DNA of 64,000 bases from an uncultured Acidobacteriota bacterium (GCA_963822445.1 CAWGHO010000002.1:1504001-1568000), one strand, 5' to 3'; counted from the stretch's first letter, positions 1 through 10,267 are shown. Numbers and translations are program-made. The notes: a model not told the origin generated them from the letters alone.

Positions 1-2688
1 CACCAGCTCCTCCGCGCTGACGTTGCCAGCGGCTGCGGTCAGCGCCTCGATCTGTTCTTCACCGAACATCTCTCCTGCCGCGCTGCCCGCTTCGGAGATT
101 CCGTCCGTGAAGAGCACGACCCTGTCGCCGGGCGTCAACGCGATCTCCTGCTCCTCGTAACGCGTATCGCGGAAGAGCCGCGAGAACGCCGGACCGCCCT
201 CGGACAGCCTCACGATCGTGCCGTCGGCGCGGGCGAGGATCGGCGCGTTGTGACCGGCATTCGTCCAGCGCAGTCGCATCGCGGCCGTGTCGATCGTTGC
301 GTAGAAAAACGTCACGAACCTTCCGCCGGACAGACTGGAGACGACGACGCGCCGCACGCGCTCGCAGAGGTCGCGCGGCGAGCTGCTCGCCGACGCGCGA
401 ACCGCGGCCTGCAGGCCAGACATGAGCAGCGCGGCAGGCATCCCTTTTCCGGCAACGTCACCGATGCAGATGGCCAGCTCCGTGTCGCTGAGCGCGAGCA
501 GATCGTAGTAATCGCCGCCCATCGTCCGCGCCGGTTGCCACACACCGCTGACATCGAGACCGGCCAGTTGCGGCATCTCGCGCGGAAGAAGACCTTGCTG
601 AATGTCGCGGGCCTGCGAGTAGTCGACGTCTTCGCGCTGCTGGCGAATGCGATCGAGACCAACATCGACCTGGCTTGCGATGGCGCGGAGGAAGTCGATG
701 TCTTCGTCATCGAGCGCGCCGCCGGACAGCTTCGGTGCGACGGCAATGAATCCATTCGCCGGCGTGCCCGGCGTGTTGATCGGCACGACCAGCGCGGTCT
801 CGATGCGTGCCAACGCGCCAGCGGCAGCGTCGGGCAATGCAGCGCGACGCGGATCGAACGGTTCGGTGAGCGAGGCAAGAATCTGCGCGCGGGCGATGCG
901 CAGCGTGCCGACGATCGAATCGGCCACGCCGACTTTGGCAGCGGCCACGAAATCATCGTGGCGGCTGGCGAAGATCACCACTGCGCGGCTCTGCAATGCG
1001 CGCTGAGTTTTCTCCGCTGCCGACGCGAGGAGAGATGCTGAATCGGTCGCAACCAGCGCTTCCGCGGCGAGACCGCGGATGGCTTCGGGATAGTCGTATT
1101 TCTGGCGGAACAGATTGCGCTCGACGAGCGCCTGCAGCTTGTTCCGCATCGGCACGAACACGAGCGCAACCACCAGCGTCGCGCCGATGACCATGGTCTG
1201 GTTCTTCACGCCGGTGTACTTCACCAGGATCGCGCCGAGGATTCCGACGAGGCCGAGGTAGACGACGAGGATGAATCCGCTGAGCATCGCGTAGACCACC
1301 GTCTTCTTGATGATCACGTCGATGTTCATCAGCCGGTACTTGAGGATGGCTACGGCGAACGAGATCGGAATGGTCAGGGTGAGTAGCGTGGGGATGACGC
1401 CGAGAATCTCCAGCAGCCCGCGCCACTCGGTCATGTCCAGGTGGCCGACCGTGATCCAGAGCGCGAGGATCGCACTCACGCTCATGATCACGATTTTTCC
1501 GCCGACCGACAGCAGCAGGCCCCACATCGGCCAGGCCACCTGGCGCTTCTCTTCGGCGTTCGCATCCCGGTACCCGCGATACAGCGCCGCGACGGCCAGG
1601 AAGGGGAAGGCGAGAATGACCAGGAACGGGAGAACCATCCCCAGGATGAAGAGAATGATGGTGACGATCTTCCAGCCCGCGCTGGCGGTGAGCCGTCCAA
1701 CGGCGGCGAGGACGCCGATCGTGGCCAGCGACAGGGGGAAGGGCCGGTTGAGGATCGCTTCGCGGAACCCTTCGCGCCGTCCGGCCCACCAGACGTGAAT
1801 GAGGACGAGGAGACTCACTCCCAGCAGCGTGTAGCCGGCCGGCACGAGGATCCTGTCCATCAGCTTGTCGGCTTCGTTCATCGCCCGCGACATGACGGCA
1901 CTCGAGGCGATGAGTGCAAAGAGAAGCACGAGGCAGGCGATGAATGCCGCGGCGTAGATCCAGCGGATGACGTACGGCCGTGCCTCCACGATGGGCCTGC
2001 GACGCGGAAAGACCAGCGCCAGGTGAAGGATCATCGGGAGATACATCAGCGTCAGAATCCCGACGAGAGACACCGAGAGGAATGCTGAGAACGGATCGAT
2101 GACGATGCCACGCGCGCCGGTGGATTCGTAGGACGTCGCCGCTTTGCCGATCAACGCGACCGCCGTGAGAAGAGCGAGCGTGTAGAAGATGACCGCGCGC
2201 GAATCACCGGGCGCGCGGATGACGATCAGCAGTCCGATGGCCACGAACGTCAGTCCGACCAGCAACCCGACGACGTGCGTGGTGATGATCATCCGGGCGC
2301 GCAGCGGCGACTCGAGGCGGATCGGGATGTCCATCACGCGATCGCCGCGCTTCACGCGATAGGTGACCTGCGACCCCTTGACCAACCGCGCGTCGAGCAC
2401 TCGGAGGCGTGTCGTGTCGTCGCGCGGAATGCCGTCGACGGTGAGGATCTCGTCGCCGTAGCGCAGCCGTCCATCAGCGGGACTGCCGGCGAAGACGAGG
2501 ATGACCTGCCCTTCCTTCATCTGCATCATCCTGGCCTGCTGCTTGGCGTTGAAGCCGGCGAGGAAGGAGGTGCCGACCCAACCGCGCTCATGCCAGTGGC
2601 GAGCGCGCGCGGCCATGTAGACGATCGAGCCGGCGATCGCGAAAACGGTCAGGCCGAGGATGATTGCGAATCGCTTCCGCGGCGACAT
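1..2688 (-). CDS. Membrane PDZ/GAF sensor with SpoIIE/PP2C Ser/Thr phosphatase domain (runs off the window edge)
   Basis: Not in the ORF track because no stop falls in the window. Translated by hand from ATG 2688 (MSPRKRFAIILGLTVF, then PDZ-like AGSPADGRLRYGDEILTVDG). The same frame near the edge gives PP2C motifs ARDIQQGLLP, GGDYYD, IGDVAGKGMPAALLM, NAGH and LFTDGISEA. Confidence 0.88.
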   Translation of the reverse strand, partial: MSPRKRFAIILGLTVFAIAGSIVYMAARARHWHERGWVGTSFLAGFNAKQQARMMQMKEGQVILVFAGSPADGRLRYGDEILTVDGIPRDDTTRLRVLDARLVKGSQVTYRVKRGDRVMDIPIRLESPLRARMIITTHVVGLLVGLTFVAIGLLIVIRAPGDSRAVIFYTLALLTAVALIGKAATSYESTGARGIVIDPFSAFLSVSLVGILTLMYLPMILHLALVFPRRRPIVEARPYVIRWIYAAAFIACLVLLFALIASSAVMSRAMNEADKLMDRILVPAGYTLLGVSLLVLIHVWWAGRREGFREAILNRPFPLSLATIGVLAAVGRLTASAGWKIVTIILFILGMVLPFLVILAFPFLAVAALYRGYRDANAEEKRQVAWPMWGLLLSVGGKIVIMSVSAILALWITVGHLDMTEWRGLLEILGVIPTLLTLTIPISFAVAILKYRLMNIDVIIKKTVVYAMLSGFILVVYLGLVGILGAILVKYTGVKNQTMVIGATLVVALVFVPMRNKLQALVERNLFRQKYDYPEAIRGLAAEALVATDSASLLASAAEKTQRALQSRAVVIFASRHDDFVAAAKVGVADSIVGTLRIARAQILASLTEPFDPRRAALPDAAAGALARIETALVVPINTPGTPANGFIAVAPKLSGGALDDEDIDFLRAIASQVDVGLDRIRQQREDVDYSQARDIQQGLLPREMPQLAGLDVSGVWQPARTMGGDYYDLLALSDTELAICIGDVAGKGMPAALLMSGLQAAVRASASSSPRDLCERVRRVVVSSLSGGRFVTFFYATIDTAAMRLRWTNAGHNAPILARADGTIVRLSEGGPAFSRLFRDTRYEEQEIALTPGDRVVLFTDGISEAGSAAGEMFGEEQIEALTAAAGNVSAEELV

Positions 2689-2707
2689 GCAATCAGTGTA
2701 GTGCGGC

Positions 2708-3382
2708 CTAGTCCCGGGAGCCGCGCCGGTTCACGATGCTCATGAACTCCTGCCGCGTTCGCTCATCGTTCAGGAACTCGCCGCGAAGGACGTTGGTCTC
2801 CATGAACGACGACTCCTGCTCCACGCCGCGCATGACCATGCACATGTGGACGCCGCCCATCCAGACGGCGATGCCGCGCGGCTCGAGGATCTTCTCGATC
2901 GTGTCGGCGATGTCGTGGGCGAGATGCTCCTGCGACTGCAGACGGCGCATGTGCACTTCGACGATGCGCGGGATCTTGGACGCGCCGATGATCATCTTCT
3001 CGGGGATGTACCCGATGATGAAGCGGCCGAAGAACGGCAGGATGTGATGCGCGCAGAGCGTCTTGTACGTTCCGCCGATCACGACCAGGTTCTGGCAGTT
3101 CTCGTCGGCGGCCGAGCAGGCCTTGCGGAAGAGCGTGGTGAGCTTCTTGATGTCGGTGTAGTCGTAGCCGCTGGTCATGGCCACGAGCGATTCCGCCCAG
3201 CGGCGCGGCGTGTCCCGCACGTTCTCCTCGTCGAGATCGACGTGGAGGATGCGCAGGGCTTCGCGGAGGTGGAGCTGCAGCGTTTCCCGGTCGACGGTTG
3301 GCCGCGGGCCGCTCAGAAGGCCCCGCTCGTCGAGGAGAGCCTCGAGCTCGGGGGAGATGGTCAATTCGGTCGGTTCCTTCAT
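2708..3382 (-). CDS. folE: GTP cyclohydrolase I
   Basis: Motifs DTPRRWA, LCAHHILPFFG, GASKIPR, RLQSQE, HMCMVMRGV. Confidence 0.93.
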   Translation of the reverse strand: MKEPTELTISPELEALLDERGLLSGPRPTVDRETLQLHLREALRILHVDLDEENVRDTPRRWAESLVAMTSGYDYTDIKKLTTLFRKACSAADENCQNLVVIGGTYKTLCAHHILPFFGRFIIGYIPEKMIIGASKIPRIVEVHMRRLQSQEHLAHDIADTIEKILEPRGIAVWMGGVHMCMVMRGVEQESSFMETNVLRGEFLNDERTRQEFMSIVNRRGSRD

Positions 3383-3473
3383 GCATGGAGCCTATCAGTT
3401 GACGACTGAATGACCATTCATTCATACTGGCGCGGAACCTGTAAAAGTCCCCCCGCAGAAGGAGTTTCACACC

Positions 3474-5366
3474 ATGGCCGAAGTCAAAACGCAGGGCGCC
3501 GTCGAGGCGATGGAGGTTGCCGAAGCCTCTCGCGAGACCGAATGGGAAAAGCCCTCGTTCGTCGGAGATCTCTTCCTCGGCAAGCTCAATCTCGACCTGA
3601 TTCACCCCTTCCCCGAGCAGCCCGAGCCCGATAAGGCCGAGGCCGATGAGTTCCTCAGCAAGATGGAGCGCTTCCTGGCCGAGAACGTCGACGCCGACGA
3701 GATCGACGAGCGCGGCGAGTACGACTACGAGCTCTTTAAAGGCTTCAACGAAATGGGCGCGTGGGGGATGAAGATCCCGAAAGAGTACGGCGGCCTTGGC
3801 TTCTCCGCGACCAACTACAACCGCGCCATCGGCCTCATCGCCACCTGGTGCGGATCGAGCGTGGCCTGGCTCTCCGCGCACCAGTCGATCGGCGTGCCCC
3901 AGCCGCTCAAGCTGTTCGGAACGGAAGAGCAGAAGAAGAAGTACCTGCCCCGTCTCGCCAACGGCGCGATCTCCGCGTTTGCGCTCACCGAGCCGGGCGT
4001 CGGATCCGATCCCGCGAAGATGGAGACGCGCGCGACGCCCAGCGCCGACGGCAAGGGCTGGATTCTCAACGGCGAGAAGCTCTGGTGCACGAACGGCCTC
4101 AAAGCGGAAGTCATCGTGGTCATGGCCCAGACCCCGCCGAAGATGGTGAAGGGCAAGGAGAAGAAGCAGATCTCCGCGTTCATCCTGGACATGGACACGC
4201 CCGGGATCGACATCGCCCATCGCTGCCAGTTCATGGGCCTGCGCGGCATCGGCAACGTCCTGATCAAGTTCGATAACGTCTTCATCCCGAAGGAAAACCT
4301 CCTCTGGGGCGAAGGGCTCGGACTCAAGCTCGCGCTGATCACGCTCAACACCGGCCGCCTGACCATCCCCGCCGGTTGTGCGGCCAGCGGCCGGCGCATG
4401 CTCGAGATCGCGCGCGACTGGGTGAACGAGCGCGTTCAGTGGGGCGTGCCGATCGGGAAGCACGAAGCGGTCGCGGCGAAGCTCGGCTGGATGGCCTCGC
4501 ACACGCTGGCGATGGAATCGATCGTCTGGCTGACCTCAGGCCTCGCCGATCGCGGCGACGTCGATCTCCGCCTCGAAGCGGCGATGGCGAAGCTGTTCAA
4601 CACCGAGGTAGCGTGGCAGTGCGTCGATCACCTGGTGCAGATCCGCGGCGGCCGTGGATTCGAGACCGCGGGATCGCTCAAGGCCCGCGGGGAGAAGGCC
4701 TATCCCGTCGAACGGATCATGCGCGACATGCGCATCAACCGCATCTTCGAAGGGACGAGCGAGATTCAGCATCTCTTCATCGCCCGCGAAGCCGTCGATC
4801 CGCACATGAAGCGCGGCTACAAGATCCTTCTGCCGGAGACGCCGACCGGTGAAAAGATGGAAGCGGCCGCCAAAGCAGGCGCCTTCTACGCAACCTGGTA
4901 CCCCTCCCGTTACCTCGGCTGGAGCCGCTTCCCGAAACACAACGACTTCGGCCGCCTGTCGACGCACATGGGCTTCATCGAGCGGCAGTCGCGGCATCTC
5001 TCGCGCTCGATCTTCCACGCGATGATGCGCTACCAGGCCAAGCTCGAGCGGAAGCAGATGGTGCTGTTCCGCATCGTCGACATCGGCACGGACCTCTTCG
5101 CCATGGCCGCGACGGTCAGCTACGCGACGATGCTCGCGAAGAAGGGGCAGAAGAACGCCCTCGAGCTGGCGGACCTGTTCTGCCGCGAGGCCCGCAAACG
5201 CGTCGACCAGAACTTCCGCACCCTCTTCGACGACGCCGACGATCTGTCCTACAAGATCGTCCAGCGGATGATGAAGGGCGAGTACGAGTGGCTGGAAGGC
5301 GATCTCGTGCAGCCCGTGGTTCCGACCGCGGAGCAGGTGGAAGAAGCGATTCGGAAACTGGCCTAA
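3474..5366 (+). CDS. Acyl-CoA dehydrogenase (ACAD9/VLCAD-like, with C-terminal extension)
   Basis: AFALTEPGVGSD, LNGEKLWCTNG, RINRIFEGTSEI; RBS AAGGAG upstream. Confidence 0.93.
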   Translation: MAEVKTQGAVEAMEVAEASRETEWEKPSFVGDLFLGKLNLDLIHPFPEQPEPDKAEADEFLSKMERFLAENVDADEIDERGEYDYELFKGFNEMGAWGMKIPKEYGGLGFSATNYNRAIGLIATWCGSSVAWLSAHQSIGVPQPLKLFGTEEQKKKYLPRLANGAISAFALTEPGVGSDPAKMETRATPSADGKGWILNGEKLWCTNGLKAEVIVVMAQTPPKMVKGKEKKQISAFILDMDTPGIDIAHRCQFMGLRGIGNVLIKFDNVFIPKENLLWGEGLGLKLALITLNTGRLTIPAGCAASGRRMLEIARDWVNERVQWGVPIGKHEAVAAKLGWMASHTLAMESIVWLTSGLADRGDVDLRLEAAMAKLFNTEVAWQCVDHLVQIRGGRGFETAGSLKARGEKAYPVERIMRDMRINRIFEGTSEIQHLFIAREAVDPHMKRGYKILLPETPTGEKMEAAAKAGAFYATWYPSRYLGWSRFPKHNDFGRLSTHMGFIERQSRHLSRSIFHAMMRYQAKLERKQMVLFRIVDIGTDLFAMAATVSYATMLAKKGQKNALELADLFCREARKRVDQNFRTLFDDADDLSYKIVQRMMKGEYEWLEGDLVQPVVPTAEQVEEAIRKLA

Positions 5367-5367
5367 T

Positions 5368-5422
5368 CAGTAGGCGGTAGGCAGTGGGCGGTAGGCGGGT
5401 TTTCCTGCCTACTGCCTACCGC
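5368..5422. repeat. Heptamer-array inverted repeat: (CRGTRGG)x4 ... (CCTACYG)x2 between convergent genes
   Basis: cagtagg cggtagg cagtggg cggtagg ... cctactg cctaccg, read directly. Confidence 0.8.
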
Positions 5423-5446
5423 GAGCCGACGCAGTCGGCGTACCGC

Positions 5447-5671
5447 CTACCCTTTTCGGACCTTCTCCTCATCATCCACGGACTCGTGCCCCTCGTACTT
5501 CCGCAGGCACTCCCGGCAGATCAGCGATGAGTAGTTCGCGCCGGGGCGGGGGACCCAGCCGTCGCGGTGGACGGCCTCGTCGAAGCAGCGCGTGTATTCG
5601 TCGGGGATCTCCCCGACGATCTCCGTGGTGAGCTCGCACTCACCGCATTTCAGGACGACGCGACCTTCCAT
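5447..5671 (-). CDS. Small Cys-rich (CxxC...CxxC) putative zinc-binding protein, 74 aa
   Basis: MEGRVVLKCGECE...LICRECLRKY; its ATG overlaps the TGA of the upstream peptidase gene (ATGA coupling). Confidence 0.65.
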   Translation of the reverse strand: MEGRVVLKCGECELTTEIVGEIPDEYTRCFDEAVHRDGWVPRPGANYSSLICRECLRKYEGHESVDDEEKVRKG

Positions 5672-7323
5672 CAGCGTTCTCCGGCCGCCGGAAAGACCGG
5701 CGTGAGGTCGACCGGGATGTCCTTCATCTTCGCGATGATCGACTCGATCTCCGGATTCGACACGCCGTACTTCGTGAGCAAGCGTTGCGCCCGCGCGTAG
5801 TCGCCGGTGGCCTGGGTGACGAGGATCTCCGTCGTCAGGTCGCGGACGCCCTCGCGGATCTTCGCGAAGTCGACGGTGAACGTGCCGTTCGCCGCGGGCA
5901 TGATCGCGCCGCGCTCGCGCAGCCAGTTCCACTGCACCGCGGTGCCGCGTCCGTGAGCTTCGTCGATGCCGAAGCGCATCGAGCGGAACATCAGTCCCGC
6001 GTACGTCGCCCACTGCTGGCGCTCGCTGAACGACGTCAGCAGACCGTTGTCGCGCGCGTAGAGCATGTTCCACTCGCCGAGCACGTCCGCCTTGCACTCC
6101 TCCATCGCCGAGTAGGTTTCCTTCAGCAGAAAGCGGACGTCGACGCGCTCGCCGTTCGGCTGGGTGATCAGTCCCGGCCCGAGGCCGTGGGAGAGCTCGT
6201 GAAAGAGGACGTGGTTGAAGTAGGCGTCGAAATTCAGCAGATCGCGCTGGGAAGCATCGAGCACGCGCAACGCGATCGGCTGGCCGCTGATCCGGTACTT
6301 CGCATCCATCACGTTCTTGAGCAGGACCTTCTTCGAGCCCTTCTGCTCGCGCACGACCTCGTCATTCGGCAGATTGAAGGCCGCGGTCTGCACGCCGCGG
6401 CGCGCGTCACCGGCGGTGTAGATCTCCTGCACCACGCGGATCGGGGACTCCGTTCCGCGGTTCGGGTTCTTGTACTCGTCCGGCTCGGGGAGGTTGCGCT
6501 CCATGGCCGGCAGATGCTGCGCGTACGCGGCGAGCTTCTCCGTCTCCGGCTTGTCCACGACCGTGACGAACGACTCGAACGCCGCCTTGTAATTGAAGAG
6601 CGCGTCCTCGTAGACCTCGTACGGTCCGATCACCACTTCGATCGGGCCCTGCAGGTCCATCCAGGCCATGTCGCTCTCGCGATAGTTGTCCTTGAAGAAC
6701 GCGTCGGCGAGCTTGGTCAGGTAGTCGCGCAGGCGCATGTCCGTCGTCAGTGCCGCGGCCTCGCGCAGCTTTGCCGCGGCCGGTTCGAGCTGGTCGCGGT
6801 AGTGGACCGAGTAGGGAATGGTGATCAGCTTGTCGCCCTGCCGGCGAACGACGGTGAAGAGTCCCTGCAGCGCGTCCTTCTGATCGGGATGCGCGGCGAT
6901 GTAGCTCTCCAGTTCTTCCTTGGTCATGTCCGCGGGATAGAAAGCCGCGCCGGCGGGCTTCTTCGCATCGCCGATGAACGGATGATCTTCATCGAGGCGA
7001 TCCCAGGGACCCTTGCTCGCGAGAAAGTAGTCGTAGCCCGCGCGATCGAGCGGCGAGTCATCAGCCTGCGCCGCGAGCTGTTTGCGCCACTCCGGGTTCT
7101 GCTCGGACACCTGCCGCCAGTAGATCTCGTCGATGTGCTTCGAGGCCTCGATCAGCTTGGCCACGACCTGCCGCTCGTTCTCGTTGAGCAGGGAGCGGTC
7201 GTAGTCGATCGGCGTCAGCGGCAGTTGCGCGAGCCGCGCCGGCGTGTCCGGTGAAACGGGCAGCTTTGCGGTCTGGCAGGCCATCGGGAGAACCGCGAGC
7301 AGGATGAATAGAAGCTTTTTCAT
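5671..7323 (-). CDS. Dipeptidyl-peptidase III family (M49) lipoprotein
   Basis: Lipobox-like LPMAC; IGPYEVYED, AFNLPND, HELSH and EECKAD zinc-binding motifs. Confidence 0.88.
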   Translation of the reverse strand: MKKLLFILLAVLPMACQTAKLPVSPDTPARLAQLPLTPIDYDRSLLNENERQVVAKLIEASKHIDEIYWRQVSEQNPEWRKQLAAQADDSPLDRAGYDYFLASKGPWDRLDEDHPFIGDAKKPAGAAFYPADMTKEELESYIAAHPDQKDALQGLFTVVRRQGDKLITIPYSVHYRDQLEPAAAKLREAAALTTDMRLRDYLTKLADAFFKDNYRESDMAWMDLQGPIEVVIGPYEVYEDALFNYKAAFESFVTVVDKPETEKLAAYAQHLPAMERNLPEPDEYKNPNRGTESPIRVVQEIYTAGDARRGVQTAAFNLPNDEVVREQKGSKKVLLKNVMDAKYRISGQPIALRVLDASQRDLLNFDAYFNHVLFHELSHGLGPGLITQPNGERVDVRFLLKETYSAMEECKADVLGEWNMLYARDNGLLTSFSERQQWATYAGLMFRSMRFGIDEAHGRGTAVQWNWLRERGAIMPAANGTFTVDFAKIREGVRDLTTEILVTQATGDYARAQRLLTKYGVSNPEIESIIAKMKDIPVDLTPVFPAAGER

Positions 7324-7371
7324 GAGGCGGGATTCTATTCGAGCGGGCGAATCTGCTAAGTTTCACGCCTT

Positions 7372-7950
7372 GTGATCATCGAGTGTCCGAGTTGCCAGGC
7401 GAAGTACAACTACGACGAGGACCGTTTCGACAGGAAGCCGTCGAAGAAGATCAAGTGCGCGCGCTGCCAGCACGTCTTCGAGATTCACAATCCCGCCTTC
7501 GCCGTGAAGGACGACACCGCGCCGCGAAACGAGCTGGATGCGACGTCGGCGAAGCCGGTGCCGAAGGTGGTCGAAACGACGGAGCAGTCCATCATTCCCG
7601 ATTCGCGCCGCACCGATAAGCACGAGCCCGCGCTGGCCATGCCCCCGGGCCGCCGGCTGTCGCTGGCGATCCTCGACGGTCCCGACGCCGGCCAGGTCTA
7701 TCGCATCGAGAAGCCGCGGATCACCATCGGCCGCTCCGGCGCCGATCTCACGTTGAACGACAACGAATCGTCCCGCCTGCACGCCGCTGTCGAAGTCCGG
7801 GACATGCTCATCACCGTCTCCGACCTCGGCTCGACGAACGGCACGCTCGTCGGCGGCGAGAAGATCTCCGAGGCGGTCGAGCTGAGCAACCAGTCCGAGT
7901 TCCAGGTCGGCGCGACGACGCTGATGCTGATCGTCACGGAAGACGCGTAG
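7372..7950 (+). CDS. Zinc-ribbon (MJ0042-like) + FHA domain protein
   Basis: N-terminal CPSC...CARC; FHA motifs IGRS, SRLHA, DLGSTNGT. Confidence 0.88.
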   Translation: MIIECPSCQAKYNYDEDRFDRKPSKKIKCARCQHVFEIHNPAFAVKDDTAPRNELDATSAKPVPKVVETTEQSIIPDSRRTDKHEPALAMPPGRRLSLAILDGPDAGQVYRIEKPRITIGRSGADLTLNDNESSRLHAAVEVRDMLITVSDLGSTNGTLVGGEKISEAVELSNQSEFQVGATTLMLIVTEDA

Positions 7951-8732
7951 TGCTCGCGCTCTACCGCCATCGCCAGCTCATCGCGGCGCTCACGGCGCGG
8001 GACCTGAAGGCGCGATACCGCGGCTCACTCCTCGGATTTTTCTGGTCGCTGGCCAACCCGCTGATGCTGCTGGCGGTCTACACGCTGGTCTTCACGAAGT
8101 TCTTTCCCCAGCAGGTCGTGCAGCCGTATCCGCTGTTTCTCTTCTCCGGAATCCTGCCCTGGACGTTTTTCGCCGCTGCGGTGCTGGAGTCGACCACCTC
8201 GATCTCGGCGAACGCGGGTCTGATCAAGAAGGTGATGTTTCCCGCGGAAGCGCTGCCGATCGTGGTCGTGCTCTCCCACCTCGTCCACTTCCTGCTGGCG
8301 CTGCCGATTCTGCTCGCGGCGATTCTGGTGTTCGCGGCGCTGGGCAAGTTCGACATCAGCTGGACGGTCGTGCTCGCGCCGGCGCTGATGCTGCTGCAAA
8401 CGCTTTTCGTCGCCGGGATCGCGATGACCGTGTCGTCCGCATCGGTGCTGTTCCGCGATCTGCGGGACATCATCGCCAACCTGATGCAGCTCGGCTTCTT
8501 CGTCACGCCGATCATTTACCTGATCGACAACATCCCCTCGCGCGCGCTGCGGGCCATGCTGCGGATCAATCCCATGACGCCGTTCGTCGTCGCGTACCAG
8601 GACATTTTCTTCTTCGGCCGCGTGCCGAATCTCTCGGATGCGATTCTGATCGTCGCCTACGCGGGAACGTCGCTGGTGATGGGGTTCTTCGTGTTCGATC
8701 GCCTCCGCGACACGCTCGCGGAGGCGATCTGA
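7950..8732 (+). CDS. wzm: Polysaccharide ABC exporter permease
   Basis: RDLKARYRGSLLGFFWSLANPL, KKVMFP, FRDL, FFVTPIIY, INPMT. Confidence 0.9.
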   Translation: MLALYRHRQLIAALTARDLKARYRGSLLGFFWSLANPLMLLAVYTLVFTKFFPQQVVQPYPLFLFSGILPWTFFAAAVLESTTSISANAGLIKKVMFPAEALPIVVVLSHLVHFLLALPILLAAILVFAALGKFDISWTVVLAPALMLLQTLFVAGIAMTVSSASVLFRDLRDIIANLMQLGFFVTPIIYLIDNIPSRALRAMLRINPMTPFVVAYQDIFFFGRVPNLSDAILIVAYAGTSLVMGFFVFDRLRDTLAEAI

Positions 8733-8741
8733 AACGCCGGC

Positions 8742-9470
8742 CTACGGTCTGTACTCTTTTGCCAGGACGAACTTTCCGTCGTTCGTGCTGTTCGAGACCA
8801 CCACCGCGTAGCAGACCGCGGCCTCCTGTGGTTCGAACACGATGTAGCCATCGACTACCAGGGAATTCACGGCTGTCTGACCCCAGGCGTTCCCCGGCAA
8901 TTCCAGGTTCACTGTGCCGCCCGCCGTTCCGAATCTGCTGTAGACGGTGCCCTGAATCGTGTTCGGGTTTGCTGATTGATTGAAGCAGCCGACGTTCGTG
9001 CGGAACTGCCCGGTGACACTGATGCCCGCGGCAATCGACGGCGAGTCCGTTCCCGCGAACTCGAGCGTCGGGATCGACGTGCCGTACCGCTGCCCGTCCG
9101 TGTGCACCTCGGCCTCGACGATGAAGCGGTGGCTGGGATCGGCGCTCTTGAACGTCACCGCTCCTCCGCCGACGTAGCCGTTGAACATGACGTTCAGAAA
9201 GTTCGCATAGAACTTCAGCTCGCCCGGCGCCAGCGTGATCGTCTCCGTCCGCTTGGTGCCGGCCGGGTTGTGCAACGTGATGTCGATCGGGAACGCGACC
9301 GAAGTCGGATTCAGGATGGCCACGTACGTCTTGAAGCTGGCCCCGGCGCCGGGCGTATTGCCCATCACCGGCACGGTCTGAAAGTCGGAGGCAAAGCTCG
9401 ACGGCGCGACGCGCTGCGCGAACGCGGGAATGGCACAAATCGCGAGAAGAACTAACAGGAATCGTTTCAT
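8742..9470 (-). CDS. Secreted hypothetical protein (paralog 2)
   Basis: Signal peptide MKRFLLVLLAICAIPAFA with RBS AAGGAG; aligns end to end with 9529-10251. Confidence 0.8.
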   Translation of the reverse strand: MKRFLLVLLAICAIPAFAQRVAPSSFASDFQTVPVMGNTPGAGASFKTYVAILNPTSVAFPIDITLHNPAGTKRTETITLAPGELKFYANFLNVMFNGYVGGGAVTFKSADPSHRFIVEAEVHTDGQRYGTSIPTLEFAGTDSPSIAAGISVTGQFRTNVGCFNQSANPNTIQGTVYSRFGTAGGTVNLELPGNAWGQTAVNSLVVDGYIVFEPQEAAVCYAVVVSNSTNDGKFVLAKEYRP

Positions 9471-9528
9471 CTGGTTGGTCTCCTTGTAGGGAGACAGATT
9501 AGTTCCGTCATGCCCCTGGAGCAACCGG

Positions 9529-10251
9529 CTACGGCTCGTACTCCGTCGCTGGAATGAACCTTCCATCATTCGTACTGTTCGTCACCACCACCGCGTAGCA
9601 GACCGCGGCTTCCTGCGGATCGAACACGACGTACCCGTCGGTCACCGCGGCGTTCACGCCGGTCTGGCGCCACGCGTTCGCCTCGAGATCGAAGCTCAGC
9701 GTGCCGAGGACCTGGCCGGACTTGCTGTAGACGGTTCCGCTGACGGTTTGCGCGACGGCGGACTGATTGAAGCAGCCGACGTTCGTCCGCGAGCCCGCAT
9801 CGACGCTGATGCCCGCGGCGAACGAGCGCGAGCTCGAACCCGCGAACTCGAGCGCGGGAATCGACGTGCCGTAACGCGCGCCGCTCGTCCAGACTTCGAC
9901 GTCGACGATGAACCGGCGGCTCGGGTCGGCCGTGCGGAACGTGACCGCGCCGCCGCCGACGTAGCCGGAGAAGACGGCATCGAGGAAGTTCGCGTACGTC
10001 TTCAGTTCACCCGCGGCGAGCGTGATCGTCGCCGCCCGCGTGTTTCCCGCCTGGTCGTACAGCGTGACCTCGACCGGGAACGCGGCCGCGGTCGGATTCA
10101 TGATCGCCACGAAAGTCTGGAACGTGGCGCCGGCGCCGGGCACATTGCCCATGACCGGAACGGTCTGGAAATCGGATGCGAAACCGTTCGGCGCGACGCG
10201 CTCCGCGAAGATCGGGATCGCCAGCAGTAAGAGTGCAAAGAGTCGTTTCAT
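9529..10251 (-). CDS. Secreted hypothetical protein (paralog 1)
   Basis: Signal peptide MKRLFALLLLAIPIFA, RBS AGGAG; shares FASDFQTVPVMGN, RTNVGCFNQSA and PQEAAVCYAVVV with its neighbour. Confidence 0.8.
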   Translation of the reverse strand: MKRLFALLLLAIPIFAERVAPNGFASDFQTVPVMGNVPGAGATFQTFVAIMNPTAAAFPVEVTLYDQAGNTRAATITLAAGELKTYANFLDAVFSGYVGGGAVTFRTADPSRRFIVDVEVWTSGARYGTSIPALEFAGSSSRSFAAGISVDAGSRTNVGCFNQSAVAQTVSGTVYSKSGQVLGTLSFDLEANAWRQTGVNAAVTDGYVVFDPQEAAVCYAVVVTNSTNDGRFIPATEYEP

Positions 10252-10267
10252 CGGATCAATCTCCTGT

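Noticed and set aside
250-2745. Short track ORFs on both strands in the first 2.7 kb
   Set aside because: All overlap the real minus-strand PP2C gene, which the track omits because it runs off the window.
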